From Gemmatimonadota bacterium (GTDB lineage Bacteria; Gemmatimonadota; Gemmatimonadetes; Palauibacterales; Palauibacteraceae), in assembly GCA_039587755.1 (NCBI GenBank), contig JBDHBD010000009.1, forward strand, positions 62-64,061: 64,000 nucleotides of DNA, in the 5' to 3' direction. Positions 43,325 through 55,088 of this stretch are shown piece by piece. The translations under genes were made by a program, and so were the position numbers. Numbering within the stretch: position 1 is the first letter of the stretch; every line of letters begins with the position of its first letter. The notes below the pieces were generated by a model that worked only from the letters and a program-made list of their open reading frames with translations, ran no database searches and was not told the DNA's origin.

Positions 43325-43405
43325 GCTCGCTCCGTCTCGTCGTGGTTCGGGGCGCGAAGATAGCCCGTAGCCCCGTGTTGGTTCCACCCGCAATATGGAT
43401 CGACC

Positions 43406-46312
43406 ATGTCCGAAGAGATCCGAATCCGGGGCGCCCGGCAGCACAACCTGAAAGGGATCGACGTCGCGATCCCCCGCCGGTCGGTCACGGTGATCACCGG
43501 CCCCTCCGGCTCGGGCAAGTCCAGCCTGGCGTTCGACACAGTGTACGCGGAGGGACAGCGGCGATACATGGAGTCGCTCTCCACCTACGCGAAGCAGTTC
43601 CTGGAGCGGATGGCCAAGCCGGCGGTCGACTGGATCGAGGGCGTGAGTCCCTCCGTCGCCATCGACCAGAAGAACGCGGTGAAGACGAGTCGCTCCACTG
43701 TGGGCACCGTGACAGAGGTTTACGATTACCTGCGTCTCCTGTGGGCCCGTGTGGGTCAGACGTTCTGTCCCGACTGCGACGTGCGGGTCGCTCCGGATAC
43801 GGTTCAGTCCGCGGCGGCCAGAGTGATGGAATGGGCACCTGGCACGCAGATCTTCGTCACGTTCCCGTTCGTGCTGAGCTCCGAGATCACCCACACTGTG
43901 GCCGTCACGAACATCCAGGCGCAGGGCTATCTGCGGGTCATCGCCGATGGTGAAGAAGTTTACCTGCCGGATCTCGAAGCGTCCGGGCACCCGGAGACAC
44001 CGGCCGATAAGGAAGCCGAGGGTCGCGACCTCGGATCCCGCGAGGCGCAGGACCTGACGGCGACGCGCGAGCTGCTGGTCGTGGTGGATCGCATCTCGCT
44101 CGACCCCGAGGACCGAGAGCGGCTGGTCGACGCTCTGGCGGCCGCCCTGGCCGAGGGGGGCGGGCACGCCGACGTGCTGAGGATGGAGCGGACGTCCGAC
44201 GGGGGCTCCCGGATCGTCGAGCGTCGTCCGTTCACCGAAGCCTTCCGGTGCCGCCAGTGCGGGCGGGACTTTCCGGAGCCGCGGCCCTCGTTCTTCAGCT
44301 TCAACAGCCCTGCCGGCGCATGTCCAAAGTGCACGGGCTTCGGGGCGACCCTCGAGTACGATGAGGAGCTCATCGTGCCAGACCCGGGGCTCTCCCTCGC
44401 CGACGGCGCGGTGGACCCGTTCGCCAAACCGCGCTACCGACGCGAGCGAGTTGCCGTACGAGAGCTGGCCGAGTCGCGCGGTATCGGTCTGCATACACCT
44501 TGGAGAGAGCTACCCGCGCCGGTGCGCGGAGAGCTTCTGCACGGCAGTCCTTCGTTCACCGGGGCAATCCCTTTTCTGAAATCCAAGGAGCGCAAGCGCT
44601 ACAAGCAGTACATCCGGGTCTTCCTACGTCAGTATCAGCGACCCCGGCGCTGCGACCTCTGCGACGGGAAACGACTGCGAGAGGAAGCGCTCAACGTGCG
44701 GGTCGGCGGATTAGACATCGCCGAGGCATCGCTTCTCCAGGTGTCGCGGCTCCGCGCGTGGCTGGACGAACTGGGCCTGGGGGCGTTCAAGCGGAAGATG
44801 GTCGCCAGCGTGCTCAACGAATTGCAGGACCGCCTGCGGTTTCTGGACACGGTCGGTCTAGGTTACCTGACGTTGGATCGCCGGGCGCGCTCGCTCTCGG
44901 GTGGAGAAATGCAGCGCATCCGCTTGGCGAGCTGCCTCGGAAGTCACCTTGTGGACACCCTCTACGTGCTGGACGAGCCCACGATCGGACTGCACGCCCG
45001 CGATGTCGACCGGCTCGTCGACGTGCTGTGGCAACTGCGCCAGCGGGGAAACACCGTTCTGGTGGTCGAGCACGAGCCACGGGTCATGGAGCGCGCGGAT
45101 CATATTGTCGAGATGGGTCCAGGGGCCGGCCAGCAGGGCGGCGAGGTAGTGTTCGAAGGCTCCTGGGAGGGCCTGAAGGGGGCCGACACGGTGACCGGAC
45201 GAGCTCTGCGCGAACGGCCCGTCCTCTCCACCGACGGGCGTGGTCGGATCGAACCGGGAAGCGGGTCGTGGCTTCATCTCCGGGGAGCGAGCCTGCACAA
45301 CATCGAGGAACTGGACGTGGATGTCCCTCTGGGCGGGCTCACGGTGGTCACCGGGGTCTCCGGCTCGGGGAAGTCGACCCTGGTGCACGACATCCTCTAT
45401 CGTGCCCTGGAGAGCGAGCTGCACGGGCGCTCGACGGCCAAGGAGCACCTCGGAGAGCTGGCCGGATCGTACGAGCGGCTGGAGGGGACGGAGGCGCTGG
45501 ACGGCGTGGTGCTCGTGGACCAGAGCCCCATCGGGCGCACGCCGCGCTCCAACCCGCTGACGTATATCGGTGGATTCGGGGAGGTACGGCGGATCTTCGC
45601 AGAGCAGCCGCTGGCAAAGAGCCAAGGCTACGGACCCGGCCACTTCAGCTTCAATCGCCCGGGTGGACGCTGCGAGGTGTGCAAGGGAGCGGGAGAGGAG
45701 CTCGTGGAGATGGTGTTTCTCGCCGATGTGTCGGTCCCCTGCGACGCGTGCGGCGGACTTCGCTACCGCCCCGAGGTGCTCGAGGTCGAGTGCCGAGGGT
45801 TGGACATCCACCAGGTGCTCGAGCTGACCGTAGACCAGGCGATCCGCTTCTTCCTGCGAGAGGACCGCCTCGGCAAGAAGCTGTGGCAGCTGCAGAGGGT
45901 GGGTCTCGGCTACCTCCGCCTCGGCCAACCCGCCACGACGCTGTCGGGCGGAGAGGCGCAGCGGCTCAAAATCGCGCGTGAGCTGGCCCGCCGCCGTCGG
46001 GCGGGCCGGAGACTCTACATTCTCGACGAACCCACCGTGGGACTGGGTCTATCCGAGATTGCGATGCTGCGTCGGGTGCTGGAGGAGCTCGTCACGGACG
46101 GTCACAGCGTGCTTCTCGTGGAGCACAATCTGGATCTGGTCGCAGCTGCCGACTGGATCATCGATTTGGGGCCTGAAGCGGCGGAGCAGGGGGGGCGCGT
46201 GGTCGCGGCCGGGCCGCCCGACACGATCGAGAGGGCGCCGGGCTCACACACCGGCGCGTACCTCGGGCGACATCTCGGCTCGGGGAAGGCCGCCAGAGCG
46301 GCGGATGGCTGA
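43406..46312 (+). CDS. uvrA: excinuclease ABC subunit A
   Basis: 968 aa [21 protein letters not shown], two [20 protein letters not shown]alker A motifs, Zn-finger CxxC pairs, [12 protein letters not shown]. Confidence 0.97.
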   Translation: MSEEIRIRGARQHNLKGIDVAIPRRSVTVITGPSGSGKSSLAFDTVYAEGQRRYMESLSTYAKQFLERMAKPAVDWIEGVSPSVAIDQKNAVKTSRSTVGTVTEVYDYLRLLWARVGQTFCPDCDVRVAPDTVQSAAARVMEWAPGTQIFVTFPFVLSSEITHTVAVTNIQAQGYLRVIADGEEVYLPDLEASGHPETPADKEAEGRDLGSREAQDLTATRELLVVVDRISLDPEDRERLVDALAAALAEGGGHADVLRMERTSDGGSRIVERRPFTEAFRCRQCGRDFPEPRPSFFSFNSPAGACPKCTGFGATLEYDEELIVPDPGLSLADGAVDPFAKPRYRRERVAVRELAESRGIGLHTPWRELPAPVRGELLHGSPSFTGAIPFLKSKERKRYKQYIRVFLRQYQRPRRCDLCDGKRLREEALNVRVGGLDIAEASLLQVSRLRAWLDELGLGAFKRKMVASVLNELQDRLRFLDTVGLGYLTLDRRARSLSGGEMQRIRLASCLGSHLVDTLYVLDEPTIGLHARDVDRLVDVLWQLRQRGNTVLVVEHEPRVMERADHIVEMGPGAGQQGGEVVFEGSWEGLKGADTVTGRALRERPVLSTDGRGRIEPGSGSWLHLRGASLHNIEELDVDVPLGGLTVVTGVSGSGKSTLVHDILYRALESELHGRSTAKEHLGELAGSYERLEGTEALDGVVLVDQSPIGRTPRSNPLTYIGGFGEVRRIFAEQPLAKSQGYGPGHFSFNRPGGRCEVCKGAGEELVEMVFLADVSVPCDACGGLRYRPEVLEVECRGLDIHQVLELTVDQAIRFFLREDRLGKKLWQLQRVGLGYLRLGQPATTLSGGEAQRLKIARELARRRRAGRRLYILDEPTVGLGLSEIAMLRRVLEELVTDGHSVLLVEHNLDLVAAADWIIDLGPEAAEQGGRVVAAGPPDTIERAPGSHTGAYLGRHLGSGKAARAADG

Positions 46313-47366
46313 CCGGAAATCGCCCGGCAAGCCGACGAAAGGCGATGCCCGGGATGACGTGCCGGCGGTGTCCGTTCTTCTTCCTTGCCGCGACGCCGAA
46401 CCGTTCCTTGGCGACTGTAGATGCAGTCTACAGGCCCAGACCGAGTCGGATTTCGAAGTCGTCGCTGTGAACGATGTCTCAACGGACGGCACGCCCGCAT
46501 TCTTGGGGCAGTGGGCCGCTGACGACCCCCGGGTGCGAGTTGTTCAGGGTGCCGGAGAAGGTCTGGTCGCCGCCCTCAGCCTGGCGGCAGACCATGCGCG
46601 TGCCCCGTTGCTCGCCCGGATGGACGCGGACGACGTGGCCCATCCAGGGCGTCTGGAGCTACAGAGGCGATTCCTGGAACGCCGACCGGACCTGGCCGGA
46701 TGCGGCACAGGCGTTCGGTACTTCCCACGCAGAATGCTGGGTTCCGGCTACCGCCGGTACGAGCGGTGGATCAACGCGCTCCACCAGCCATCCAGCGTGC
46801 TCCGCGACCTGTTCGTGGAGTGCCCCATCGCACATCCGACGTTGATGCTGCGGGCGATGGCCTTCCGCGCCGTGGGAGGGTACCGGGAGCGGGGATGGCC
46901 AGAGGACTACGACCTCGTGCTGCGCCTTCACCGAAGGGGTATGCAGATGGCGAACGTTCCGCGGGTCCTCGTGCGGTGGCGTGTCACGCCAGGTCGTCTC
47001 TCCATGACGTCCCCCAACTACGCGCCGGAGGCGTTTCGAGCCTGCAAGGCCCATCACCTGCGGGACGGTTTCCTGCCGGCCGATCGCCCCGTGGTGGTGT
47101 GGGGCGCCGGGAGAGTCGGGAAGACGCTGGCGCTCGCTCTGCTTGAGGAGCGGGTGAAGCCCGCCGCGTTCGTGGAACTGGACCCGAGAAAGATCGGTCA
47201 GACGATCCACGACGCAGAGGTGATTCGGCCGTTGGATCTCGAGGCATGGGAGCCGCGACCGTACGTGCTGCTGGGCGTCGGATCGCCAGGTGCCCGCGCC
47301 GAGATTCGCGAAGCGCTCGAGGGCATGGGATACACGGAGTTGGACGATTATCGAGCCATGGCGTGA
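46305..47366 (+). CDS. family 2 glycosyltransferase with a C-terminal Rossmann-like extension
   Basis: In-frame ATG 46305 (MADRKSPGK..). VSVLLPCRDAEPFL, FEVVAVNDVSTDGT, ARMDADD (DxD). ATG..TGA overlap with uvrA (ATGGCTGA). C-terminal VVVWGAGRVGK. Confidence 0.85.
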   Translation: MADRKSPGKPTKGDARDDVPAVSVLLPCRDAEPFLGDCRCSLQAQTESDFEVVAVNDVSTDGTPAFLGQWAADDPRVRVVQGAGEGLVAALSLAADHARAPLLARMDADDVAHPGRLELQRRFLERRPDLAGCGTGVRYFPRRMLGSGYRRYERWINALHQPSSVLRDLFVECPIAHPTLMLRAMAFRAVGGYRERGWPEDYDLVLRLHRRGMQMANVPRVLVRWRVTPGRLSMTSPNYAPEAFRACKAHHLRDGFLPADRPVVVWGAGRVGKTLALALLEERVKPAAFVELDPRKIGQTIHDAEVIRPLDLEAWEPRPYVLLGVGSPGARAEIREALEGMGYTELDDYRAMA

Positions 47367-47491
47367 GGGCGCGCGAGGCGACCCTGTCGCGGTCGCGCGG
47401 AACCCCCCAAACCGCTAGATTTTTCGCCTGATTTCGGGGCCTCGTGGGCCACCGTCTCCCAACGTACTTCCACGGAAATCGAAAGGGATTC

Positions 47492-50020
47492 ATGGACACA
47501 TCCGAGCGAGTGGACCGGATCGAGCCGCGTCTACTCGAAGACGAGATGCGAGAGTCGTTCATAGACTACTCGATGAGCGTCATCGTGCAGCGGGCGCTGC
47601 CCGACGTTCGGGACGGTTTGAAGCCCGTCCACCGGCGCATCCTGTACGCGATGCAGGAGGCCGGCCTGACGCCGACCCGGCCCTACAAGAAGAGCGCCAC
47701 GGTCGTGGGCGATGTCCTGGGCAAGTACCACCCTCACGGCGATTCCGCAGTGTACGATTCGCTTGTCCGCATGGTGCAGGATTTTTCGCTGCGCTACCCG
47801 CTGATCGACGGACAGGGGAACTTCGGATCCGTGGACGGCGACAGCGCGGCGGCCTACCGGTATACGGAGGCTCGCCTGGCACCCATCTCGCTCGAGATGC
47901 TGACTGACATCGACCGCGAGACGGTCGACTTCCAGCCCAACTTCGACGACCGTCTCCGCGAACCCGTGGTGCTGCCATCCCGAATTCCGAACCTGCTGGT
48001 CAACGGCTCTTCGGGGATCGCGGTGGGCATGGCGACGAACATTCCGCCGCACAACCTGCGAGAGATCGTCGCGGCGTGCGTGCGCATCATCGACCAACCG
48101 GATTGCACCCTCGACGACCTGCTGGAAGACGTCACCGGCCCGGACTTTCCCACCGGCGCGTTCATCTACGGACGGGAGGGGATTCTCGAGGCGTATCAGA
48201 CCGGCCGCGGCCGGGTCGTTATGAGGGCACGGGCCGAGATCGAAGAGCGGAAGCGGGGTGGCGAGCGAATCGTGGTCACCGAGATCCCGTTCATGGTGAA
48301 CAAGACGCGGCTGATCGAGCAGATCGCCCAGCTCGTCCGCGACCGACGCGTCGAGGACATTTCCGATCTCCGCGACGAGTCCGACCGGGATGGCATCCGG
48401 CTGGTGATCGAGCTGAAGCGGGACGCGATTCCCTATATCGTCCTCAATCAGCTGTACAGGCACACCCAGATGCAGTCGACCTTCGGCGTGATCATGCTCG
48501 CCCTCGTGGACGGTGTGCCCCGGGTCATGCCGCTCAAGGAAATGCTGGAGCACTTCCTCGAGCACCGGCACGAGGTCGTGGTGCGCCGCAGCGAGCACGA
48601 TCTGGCGGCCGCCACGGACCGAGAGCATGTCCTCGAGGGGCTCAAGGTCGCCGTCGACAACATCGACGAAGTGATCGAGATCATTCGCGAGTCGCGCGAT
48701 GCGGAGACGGCCGGCCAGCGGCTGCGAGAACGGTTCGAGCTTACCGAGCGTCAGTCGGATGCGATCCTCAACATGCGCCTCGCCCGCCTCACCGGGCTCG
48801 AGATCGAGAAGCTCGAGGAGGAGCTGGAGGAGGTCCGCGCACTCATCGAAGAGCTTGAGAGAATCCTCGCCTCACGAGAGCGCCGCATGACGATCGTGAA
48901 GGAGGAGCTGACCGCCCTGGCCGAGAAGTACGGTGACGATCGACGGACCGAGCTTGTCGACGTGAGGGCCGACTTCAGCATGCAGGACCTGATCGCTGAG
49001 GAGGACATGGTGATCACGGTCAGCCACGCAGGGTACGTGAAGCGCATCCAGCCCGTCGTGTACAGGCAGCAGCGGCGGGGTGGCCGCGGGATCGCCGGCA
49101 TGAGCACCAAGGAGGAAGACTGGGTGGAGCGCGTCTTCCTCGCCTCCACGCATGACTACCTGATGATCTTCACGGCCGCCGGACAGTGCTACTGGCTGAA
49201 GGTTTTCGAGATTCCGGCGGCCAGCCGGACGGCGCGCGGCAAGCCGATCGTCAACCTCGTACGGCTGGATCGGGACGAGGAGATCGCCTCCATCGTCCGC
49301 GTGCGCGAGTTCCGGGACGATCAGTACCTCATATTCGCGACCCGAAGCGGATCGGTGAAGAAGACGAGCCTGGCCGAGTACTCCAACGTCCGTTCGAATG
49401 GCGTCAACGCCATCAACATCGTGGACGGCGACCGCTTGATAGACGTTCAGCTCACCGACGGCACCAACGATGTGATCCTGGGGACGCGACGCGGCATGAC
49501 GATCCGGTTTCCCGAGAGGGATGCGCGGAAGATGGGGCGGGCCACACAGGGGGTGAGGGGCATCAGGCTTGGCCGGGACGACGAGGTGGTCGGCATGGTG
49601 GTGGTGAAGCGCGGGGCCACCTTGCTCAGCGTGACGGATCACGGCATGGGCAAGCGGAGCGCCGTGGAGGACTACCGACCCCAACACCGCGGAGGAAAGG
49701 GTCTGATCAACGTGCGGATCACGCCCAAGACCGGCGCGGTCATCGCCATCAAGGAAGTCACCGACGAGGACGAACTGCTGCTCGTCACTCGAAACGGAGT
49801 GATCAACCGCCAGCCGGCCAGGGAGATTCGGGTGATCGGTCGCAACACGCAGGGCGTGCGCCTCATCGCGCTCGACAAGGGAGACGAACTGATGGACCTC
49901 GCCCGATTGCCGGAAGAGACGGCGGACGATGTCGCGGCCGGCGAGGCTGTCGAAGAGTTGGAGGATGAAGCGTTGGCGGTCGAGGCGTCGGATGACGGAG
50001 CCACCTCCGCGGATGACTGA
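47492..50020 (+). CDS. gyrA: DNA gyrase subunit A
   Basis: Start at [54 protein letters not shown] (active-site Tyr), C-terminal beta-pinwheel repeats and acidic tail. Confidence 0.97.
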   Translation: MDTSERVDRIEPRLLEDEMRESFIDYSMSVIVQRALPDVRDGLKPVHRRILYAMQEAGLTPTRPYKKSATVVGDVLGKYHPHGDSAVYDSLVRMVQDFSLRYPLIDGQGNFGSVDGDSAAAYRYTEARLAPISLEMLTDIDRETVDFQPNFDDRLREPVVLPSRIPNLLVNGSSGIAVGMATNIPPHNLREIVAACVRIIDQPDCTLDDLLEDVTGPDFPTGAFIYGREGILEAYQTGRGRVVMRARAEIEERKRGGERIVVTEIPFMVNKTRLIEQIAQLVRDRRVEDISDLRDESDRDGIRLVIELKRDAIPYIVLNQLYRHTQMQSTFGVIMLALVDGVPRVMPLKEMLEHFLEHRHEVVVRRSEHDLAAATDREHVLEGLKVAVDNIDEVIEIIRESRDAETAGQRLRERFELTERQSDAILNMRLARLTGLEIEKLEEELEEVRALIEELERILASRERRMTIVKEELTALAEKYGDDRRTELVDVRADFSMQDLIAEEDMVITVSHAGYVKRIQPVVYRQQRRGGRGIAGMSTKEEDWVERVFLASTHDYLMIFTAAGQCYWLKVFEIPAASRTARGKPIVNLVRLDRDEEIASIVRVREFRDDQYLIFATRSGSVKKTSLAEYSNVRSNGVNAINIVDGDRLIDVQLTDGTNDVILGTRRGMTIRFPERDARKMGRATQGVRGIRLGRDDEVVGMVVVKRGATLLSVTDHGMGKRSAVEDYRPQHRGGKGLINVRITPKTGAVIAIKEVTDEDELLLVTRNGVINRQPAREIRVIGRNTQGVRLIALDKGDELMDLARLPEETADDVAAGEAVEELEDEALAVEASDDGATSADD

Positions 50021-51077
50021 GGCGACAGACTTGTCCGACCGCTCTCGGGTCACGGTACCAGGACGCCTGGTAACGCTCGAGGAGATTCGTGCGGCGGCCG
50101 AGCGTCTTCGCGGCGTGACGCGTCGCACCCCGCTCTTACCCGTCGAGCTGCCGGAGCCAGCCTCCGGGTCGGGGCTGTCGGAAAGAGCGGACATCGCGGA
50201 CAAGAGCGGACCGCCGGAAATCTGGCTGAAGTGCGAGAGCCTGCAGCGCGTATCGGCGTTCAAAGCCCGAGGGGCCTACCACTTCGTGAGCCGTCTCTCG
50301 GAGCCCGAGCGTCAGCTCGGCCTTGTCACGTACTCCTCGGGGAATCACGCGCAGGCCGTGGCCTTCGCAGCCCGCGCGTTTGGCGTGCGCGCCACGATTG
50401 TCATGCCCGTGGATGCTCCACCCGTGAAGCTGGAGGGCACTCGTGGCCTCGGGGCACAAGTCGAACAGGTGGGTACTACCTCCACCGAGCGCCGGGCGAG
50501 GGCAGAGGAGATCCTGGCCGAGCGGGGTGGTACGATGGTGCCGCCGTTTGATCACCCGGACATCATCGCCGGCCAGGGCACCGTCGGTCTGGAGATCGTC
50601 GAACAGTTGACCGAGAGGCGGCTCGCCCCGGGCCTCGTTGTAGTCCCCATCGGCGGGGGAGGCTTGATATCCGGCACCGCGGCGGCACTGGCGGAGTTGT
50701 CCCCGCAGGCGCGCGTCGTGGGCGTCGAGGCCGAGGGTGCCGCGGCCATGAAGGCCTCGTTGGATGCCGAGGGACCGGTTACGCTCTCGCGCGTGGACAC
50801 GATCGCCGACGGTCTCAAACCGGTGCGACCGGGGGATCTGACCTTTCACCACTGCCGGGAGCTGGTGGACGAAGTGGTCACGGTCTCCGACGCGGAGATT
50901 CGAGACGCCGTCGCGTGGCTGTTTCGTCAGCGACTGGTGGTCGAAGCGAGCGGCGCGGCACCCGTCGCCGCGATCCTGGGGAGCCGGCTTTCCATCGCAC
51001 CGGATGGGGCCACGGTTGCCGTGATATCCGGTGGCAACATTGAGCCGGCGCAGCTCGCCGACTGGCTGAGCGCCTGA
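50013..51077 (+). CDS. PLP-dependent serine/threonine dehydratase (fold type II)
   Basis: In-frame ATG 50013 overlapping the gyrA stop (ATGACTGA). [16 protein letters not shown] (PLP Lys), [20 protein letters not shown]. Confidence 0.85.
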   Translation: MTEATDLSDRSRVTVPGRLVTLEEIRAAAERLRGVTRRTPLLPVELPEPASGSGLSERADIADKSGPPEIWLKCESLQRVSAFKARGAYHFVSRLSEPERQLGLVTYSSGNHAQAVAFAARAFGVRATIVMPVDAPPVKLEGTRGLGAQVEQVGTTSTERRARAEEILAERGGTMVPPFDHPDIIAGQGTVGLEIVEQLTERRLAPGLVVVPIGGGGLISGTAAALAELSPQARVVGVEAEGAAAMKASLDAEGPVTLSRVDTIADGLKPVRPGDLTFHHCRELVDEVVTVSDAEIRDAVAWLFRQRLVVEASGAAPVAAILGSRLSIAPDGATVAVISGGNIEPAQLADWLSA

Positions 51078-51092
51078 CGAGGGAGCTGGAGG

Positions 51093-52064
51093 TTGACGCC
51101 GCCGCCCGAACCGGAGTCTTTCGCGAATCGCTCGCTCACGGCCGTGGGCGGGATCACCGTCGGACACGCACAGGATGACGAGGCAGCGACCGGGTGCACG
51201 GTGATCCTGGGTCCGTTCACGGCCGCGGTCGAGGTGTATGGTCTCGCGACCGGAAGCCGTGAGCTGGATGCACTTTCGCCTCAACATCTCGTTCCGGTGT
51301 GCGACGGCCTCCTGCTCACCGGCGGCTCGGCGTTCGGGCTGGCGGCGGCGGACGGCGTCGTGCAGTGGCTTGAGGAGCGGGGCCGTGGCTTCCCGACGAC
51401 CGCGGGGCGCGTTCCGATCGTGCCGGCAGCCGTGATCTACGACCTGGAGATTGGGCGGGCGGATCGCCGACCGGACCCCGAGCTGGGACGGATGGCTGCG
51501 GCCGCTGCGAGCGACGACCGCGTGAAGGAAGGCCGAGTGGGAGCGGGAACGGGCGCAACGGTCGGTAAGGTTCTCGGCATGGCTCACGCGCAGCGGGCCG
51601 GAATCGGCGGCTGGGCCGAGCGGAGAGACGGCTCGACCATGTCCGCGCTCGCGGTCGTGAACGCATTCGGCGACGTTCGAGACGCTTCCGGGACGATTGT
51701 GGCCGGGTGCCGGACAGCCGATGGCGCGTTTCTGGACACGGCGAAAGCGCTCCGCGAGGGGGAGGTGACACAAGGGGGCTTCCGGCCGATTCAGAGCACG
51801 ACGCTGGGCGTCGTCGCCACCGATGTCCCACTTCACAAGAGCCATCTGGCCCTCGTCGCACGGCTGGCCAGCGCGGCGGTGGCCCGACGCATCACACCGA
51901 GCGGCACACCCTTCGACGGAGACATCGTGTTCGCCGTATCGTCCGGAACCAGCAGAACGAAGAAGGCCGGCGAGGGCGATCTGCCTCCCGCACACCTGCT
52001 GGCGCTCGCACTGCGCGCACAGGATGCGCTCGAGCGTGCGATCGAGCGAGCCATAACGTCGTGA
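51093..52064 (+). CDS. P1/S58 family peptidase (DmpA-type L-aminopeptidase/D-esterase)
   Basis: 323 aa ORF. GITVGHAQDDEAATGCTVIL, LLTGGSAFGL, TTLGVVATD (self-processing nucleophile region). Confidence 0.85.
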   Translation: MTPPPEPESFANRSLTAVGGITVGHAQDDEAATGCTVILGPFTAAVEVYGLATGSRELDALSPQHLVPVCDGLLLTGGSAFGLAAADGVVQWLEERGRGFPTTAGRVPIVPAAVIYDLEIGRADRRPDPELGRMAAAAASDDRVKEGRVGAGTGATVGKVLGMAHAQRAGIGGWAERRDGSTMSALAVVNAFGDVRDASGTIVAGCRTADGAFLDTAKALREGEVTQGGFRPIQSTTLGVVATDVPLHKSHLALVARLASAAVARRITPSGTPFDGDIVFAVSSGTSRTKKAGEGDLPPAHLLALALRAQDALERAIERAITS

Positions 52065-52072
52065 TTGGCCTC

Positions 52073-52765
52073 ATGAAGCAGCTCGTGCTGTTCGACATCG
52101 ACGGGACACTCATGAACGCCGACGGGGCCGGCCGTGCGGCACTCGCGACCGCGATGCTGGAGGTGTATGGAGACACCGGGTCCATCGAAGACCTCGACTT
52201 CCATGGAAAGACGGATCCGTGGATCGTGCGCGAGCTGTTACGCATGACCGGGCGATCCGACGCCGTGATCGACGCGGGGTTCGATCGCCTGTGGGCGCTG
52301 TACTGCAGCGGTCTGGAACGCGAGCTGGACGAGCGGCAGGGGCGGATACAAACGTACCCCGGGGTGCGCGAGCTACTCGGGCGTCTACAACGGGATCCGC
52401 GCTTCGTCCTGGCCCTCGTGACAGGCAACGTCGAGGGAGGCGCGTGGCGGAAGCTGCGGGCCTGCCGGCTGGCCGACCCCTTCCGCTTCGGCGCCTTCGG
52501 CTCGGATTCGGAGGCACGCGATGACCTCCCGCCGCTGGCCATGCAGCGGGCGGAGGCGGAAACCGGTCATCGATTCGACCCGTGTGAGGTGACGGTGGTT
52601 GGCGATACGCCCGCTGACGTGAAGTGTGCGCGCAGCTCCGGCACCCGGGCTCTGGCCGTCGCGACAGGTGACTTTTCGAAGACGCAGTTTTCCAACCTCG
52701 ACCCCGATTACGTATTTGCACAGTTATCGGATGTGGAGGCGGTGGTGGCGGCGATCGCAGCGTGA
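52073..52765 (+). CDS. HAD-superfamily hydrolase (phosphoglycolate phosphatase-like)
   Basis: MKQLVLFDIDGTLMN (DxDGT), LVTGN, VVGDTPADVKCA. An alternative GTG at 52061 overlaps the upstream TGA. Confidence 0.8.
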   Translation: MKQLVLFDIDGTLMNADGAGRAALATAMLEVYGDTGSIEDLDFHGKTDPWIVRELLRMTGRSDAVIDAGFDRLWALYCSGLERELDERQGRIQTYPGVRELLGRLQRDPRFVLALVTGNVEGGAWRKLRACRLADPFRFGAFGSDSEARDDLPPLAMQRAEAETGHRFDPCEVTVVGDTPADVKCARSSGTRALAVATGDFSKTQFSNLDPDYVFAQLSDVEAVVAAIAA

Positions 52766-52784
52766 GATTGCAGCGAGGGATCGG

Positions 52785-54212
52785 ATGAGCGAAGAGAACG
52801 CTCCGGAGAGCGGGGAGGCCCGCACGGAGTTCGAAGCGATGAGCCTCTCGGCCGACGTATTCGTGGAAGGCAAGCCCGTGATGCGCGAGGCCAGGACTCG
52901 CCTTGTCGGCCGAACGCTCAAGGTGAACGATCGCGAGCTGTCTCTCGACTCCCTGTTCTGGGTTGCGAGACGGGCTGGCCTGCTGCTGCTCTTCGGGCGC
53001 GATTCCACTTTGGCTTTTCAGGCGCAGAAAGAGCAACTGGAGGAACTGGCACGCTCGATCGAGCGGCTCATCGGGCGAGAGGCTCAGCGCCAGCTACTCC
53101 AACCGTTTAGCTGCGAGGTCATCGTGTGCACGGCCGGGACGGCGGTGAGTGGGCTCGTGGATGGGCACACGGTGCACGGACTCCATCTTGCCGTCTTCAC
53201 GCAGCGTGCCCTCCACTTGCTGGCCACAGACCGCCACCACACCGTCTCGTGGCCGGTAGCGGCAGCAGAGCGGCTCGCCCCCGATTCGCACGGACGCCAA
53301 GCGCTCCAGCTTCAAGAGGGTGAGACGAAGCTTCGACTCCTCTACCTGTTTCCCGAGGAGATCCAGGCGGTTGAGCACGTGGCGATGAAAGAGCCGCAGA
53401 CCACCAAGTCTACACTATCCGAAGACGCCGCCCTCGAGATGTTCGCCCGAGGGGAAGTGGCGCCTCCGCCGCCCGTGGTGCTGCCAGAGTTCGCCGTATC
53501 CGCCGATTCGATTCGGGTGGCCTCGGTGCACGGTGCCGCCCGGATTTCGGTGGAGTCAGAGCTGGAACCCTTCAACCTGCGCTTCTTCGAGGACCACTTC
53601 CGTGAGCTGGGTGAGATCGCCCTCGGTCCTCTCCTCCTTCGCAAGTCGGCCGCTGCGGCGGCAGACAGCATGGCCGCGGGGGTCGCGGCGATCGACGCGG
53701 CGAGTCTGTGCGAAGACACGCGGGCCGCTGCAACGGCTGCTGCCGGCCAGGTACGTCAGGTGTTCCACGAGCACCTCGAGAGCAGATCGGACGCCCCCGA
53801 GTCCGCGATCGCCGGGCTTCGAATGACGGATGCCGAGGCAAACGAGCTCGCCGAGAGAATGGACGCGGCCGTGGATGAGCTCTCGGTGTTGCACGACCGC
53901 CTGGCGGCCACTCAGAAGAGACTGGTGACCCAGCTGAACACGCTGGACACCGGTCCGCCCGACGCAGAGGAGTCGGACATGGAGGTGGCAGCCGAGGAGT
54001 GGCGCAGCGCGCTCGGAACGCTCGACGGCGCCTACAGGCGTATGTGGCGAAGCCAGGTGGAGGGGATCGCCGACTTGTGGTCGACGGAACTGATTCCACG
54101 CGTCGAGACTGCAACCCGACCCCCGGCGCGGCGGCTTCCGGAATGGGCCCAGCTGTTGCTGCTGGGATTGGCCGCGTTGCTAACGGGGGCTCTTCTGGTA
54201 ATCCTGTTGTGA
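52785..54212 (+). CDS. hypothetical tail-anchored membrane protein
   Basis: In-frame ATG 52785 (MSEENAPESG..), 475 aa. Ala/Glu/Leu-rich helical second half. Single C-terminal TM (WAQLLLLGLAALLTGALLVILL). No family recognised. Confidence 0.6.
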   Translation: MSEENAPESGEARTEFEAMSLSADVFVEGKPVMREARTRLVGRTLKVNDRELSLDSLFWVARRAGLLLLFGRDSTLAFQAQKEQLEELARSIERLIGREAQRQLLQPFSCEVIVCTAGTAVSGLVDGHTVHGLHLAVFTQRALHLLATDRHHTVSWPVAAAERLAPDSHGRQALQLQEGETKLRLLYLFPEEIQAVEHVAMKEPQTTKSTLSEDAALEMFARGEVAPPPPVVLPEFAVSADSIRVASVHGAARISVESELEPFNLRFFEDHFRELGEIALGPLLLRKSAAAAADSMAAGVAAIDAASLCEDTRAAATAAAGQVRQVFHEHLESRSDAPESAIAGLRMTDAEANELAERMDAAVDELSVLHDRLAATQKRLVTQLNTLDTGPPDAEESDMEVAAEEWRSALGTLDGAYRRMWRSQVEGIADLWSTELIPRVETATRPPARRLPEWAQLLLLGLAALLTGALLVILL

Positions 54213-54225
54213 CCGATTCAGCGTT

Positions 54226-54951
54226 GTGAAACCGAGGGGGACTAGCTTGACGAGAGCGAAACGAAAGCACCCGGTTCTCGTGCTGGCGGCTGCCGCCGCC
54301 CTGTCAGGGATATTGACAGCTTGCGGAGAGGAAGGCGCGCCTCCGCCTCCGATCGACACCCTGGCCGCGGTCGCGGCCGACTCGACTGCCGGAGTTCCGA
54401 TCGGACGCGACGACGCGCCCGTGACGATCTGGGAGTTTGTGGACTACCAGTGCCCGCACTGTGCCCAGTTCTCGAGCTTCACGGGCCGGCTCATCCGACA
54501 GAACTATGTCGACAACGGAGGGCCCGTCCGCTGGGTTATGTACGACTTCGTGATCGGCAGCTTCCCGCACTCCATACCGGCGGCCCTGGCGGCCCGCTGC
54601 GCCGGTGAGCAGGGGCAGTACTGGCCGATGCACGACGTCGTGCTCGCCCGGCAGAACCGCTGGACCGTGGGCGATCGCCCGGCGCCCGTTCTCCGAGACT
54701 TCGCCGAGGAGCTGGGCCTCGACATGGGGGCTTACGACGCGTGTATGGGGGACCGACGACACCTCACGGCAATCGCGGCGACGCGTAAGTACGGGGATCA
54801 GCTGGGGGTCAACAGCACGCCCACGATCTTCCTGAACGGGCGGCGGCTCGCGCCGGCGGAGACGAGCTACGAGGCGATCGAGGCTCTGATCCAGGCGGCG
54901 GTCGATTCGCTGGCGGCCGAGGCCGAGCCAACGGGAGAGGACGCGGAGTAA
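54226..54951 (+). CDS. DsbA-family thiol:disulfide oxidoreductase lipoprotein
   Basis: 241 aa ORF. GTG start. LSGILTAC lipobox. WEFVDYQCPHCAQF (CPHC). Confidence 0.8.
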   Translation: MKPRGTSLTRAKRKHPVLVLAAAAALSGILTACGEEGAPPPPIDTLAAVAADSTAGVPIGRDDAPVTIWEFVDYQCPHCAQFSSFTGRLIRQNYVDNGGPVRWVMYDFVIGSFPHSIPAALAARCAGEQGQYWPMHDVVLARQNRWTVGDRPAPVLRDFAEELGLDMGAYDACMGDRRHLTAIAATRKYGDQLGVNSTPTIFLNGRRLAPAETSYEAIEALIQAAVDSLAAEAEPTGEDAE

Positions 54952-55017
54952 CCACGGGCGGCGTCGGGAGGAGGCCGAACGCCGCGCCCGGTGTGGATGC
55001 TGGATGGACGTATGAAG

Positions 55018-55058
55018 AACGGCGTCGAGCCTGACGAGGCTCGGCGCCGTTTCATTTC
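55018..55058 (+). terminator. rho-independent terminator after the dsbA-like gene
   Basis: AACGGCGTCGAGCCT-GACG-AGGCTCGGCGCCGTT. 15-bp stem with one G.U pair, 4-nt loop, followed by TCATTTCAA. Sits between convergent genes. Confidence 0.65.
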
Positions 55059-55088
55059 AAACCTGGAAGTTGGCAGAGCGAACCGGCT

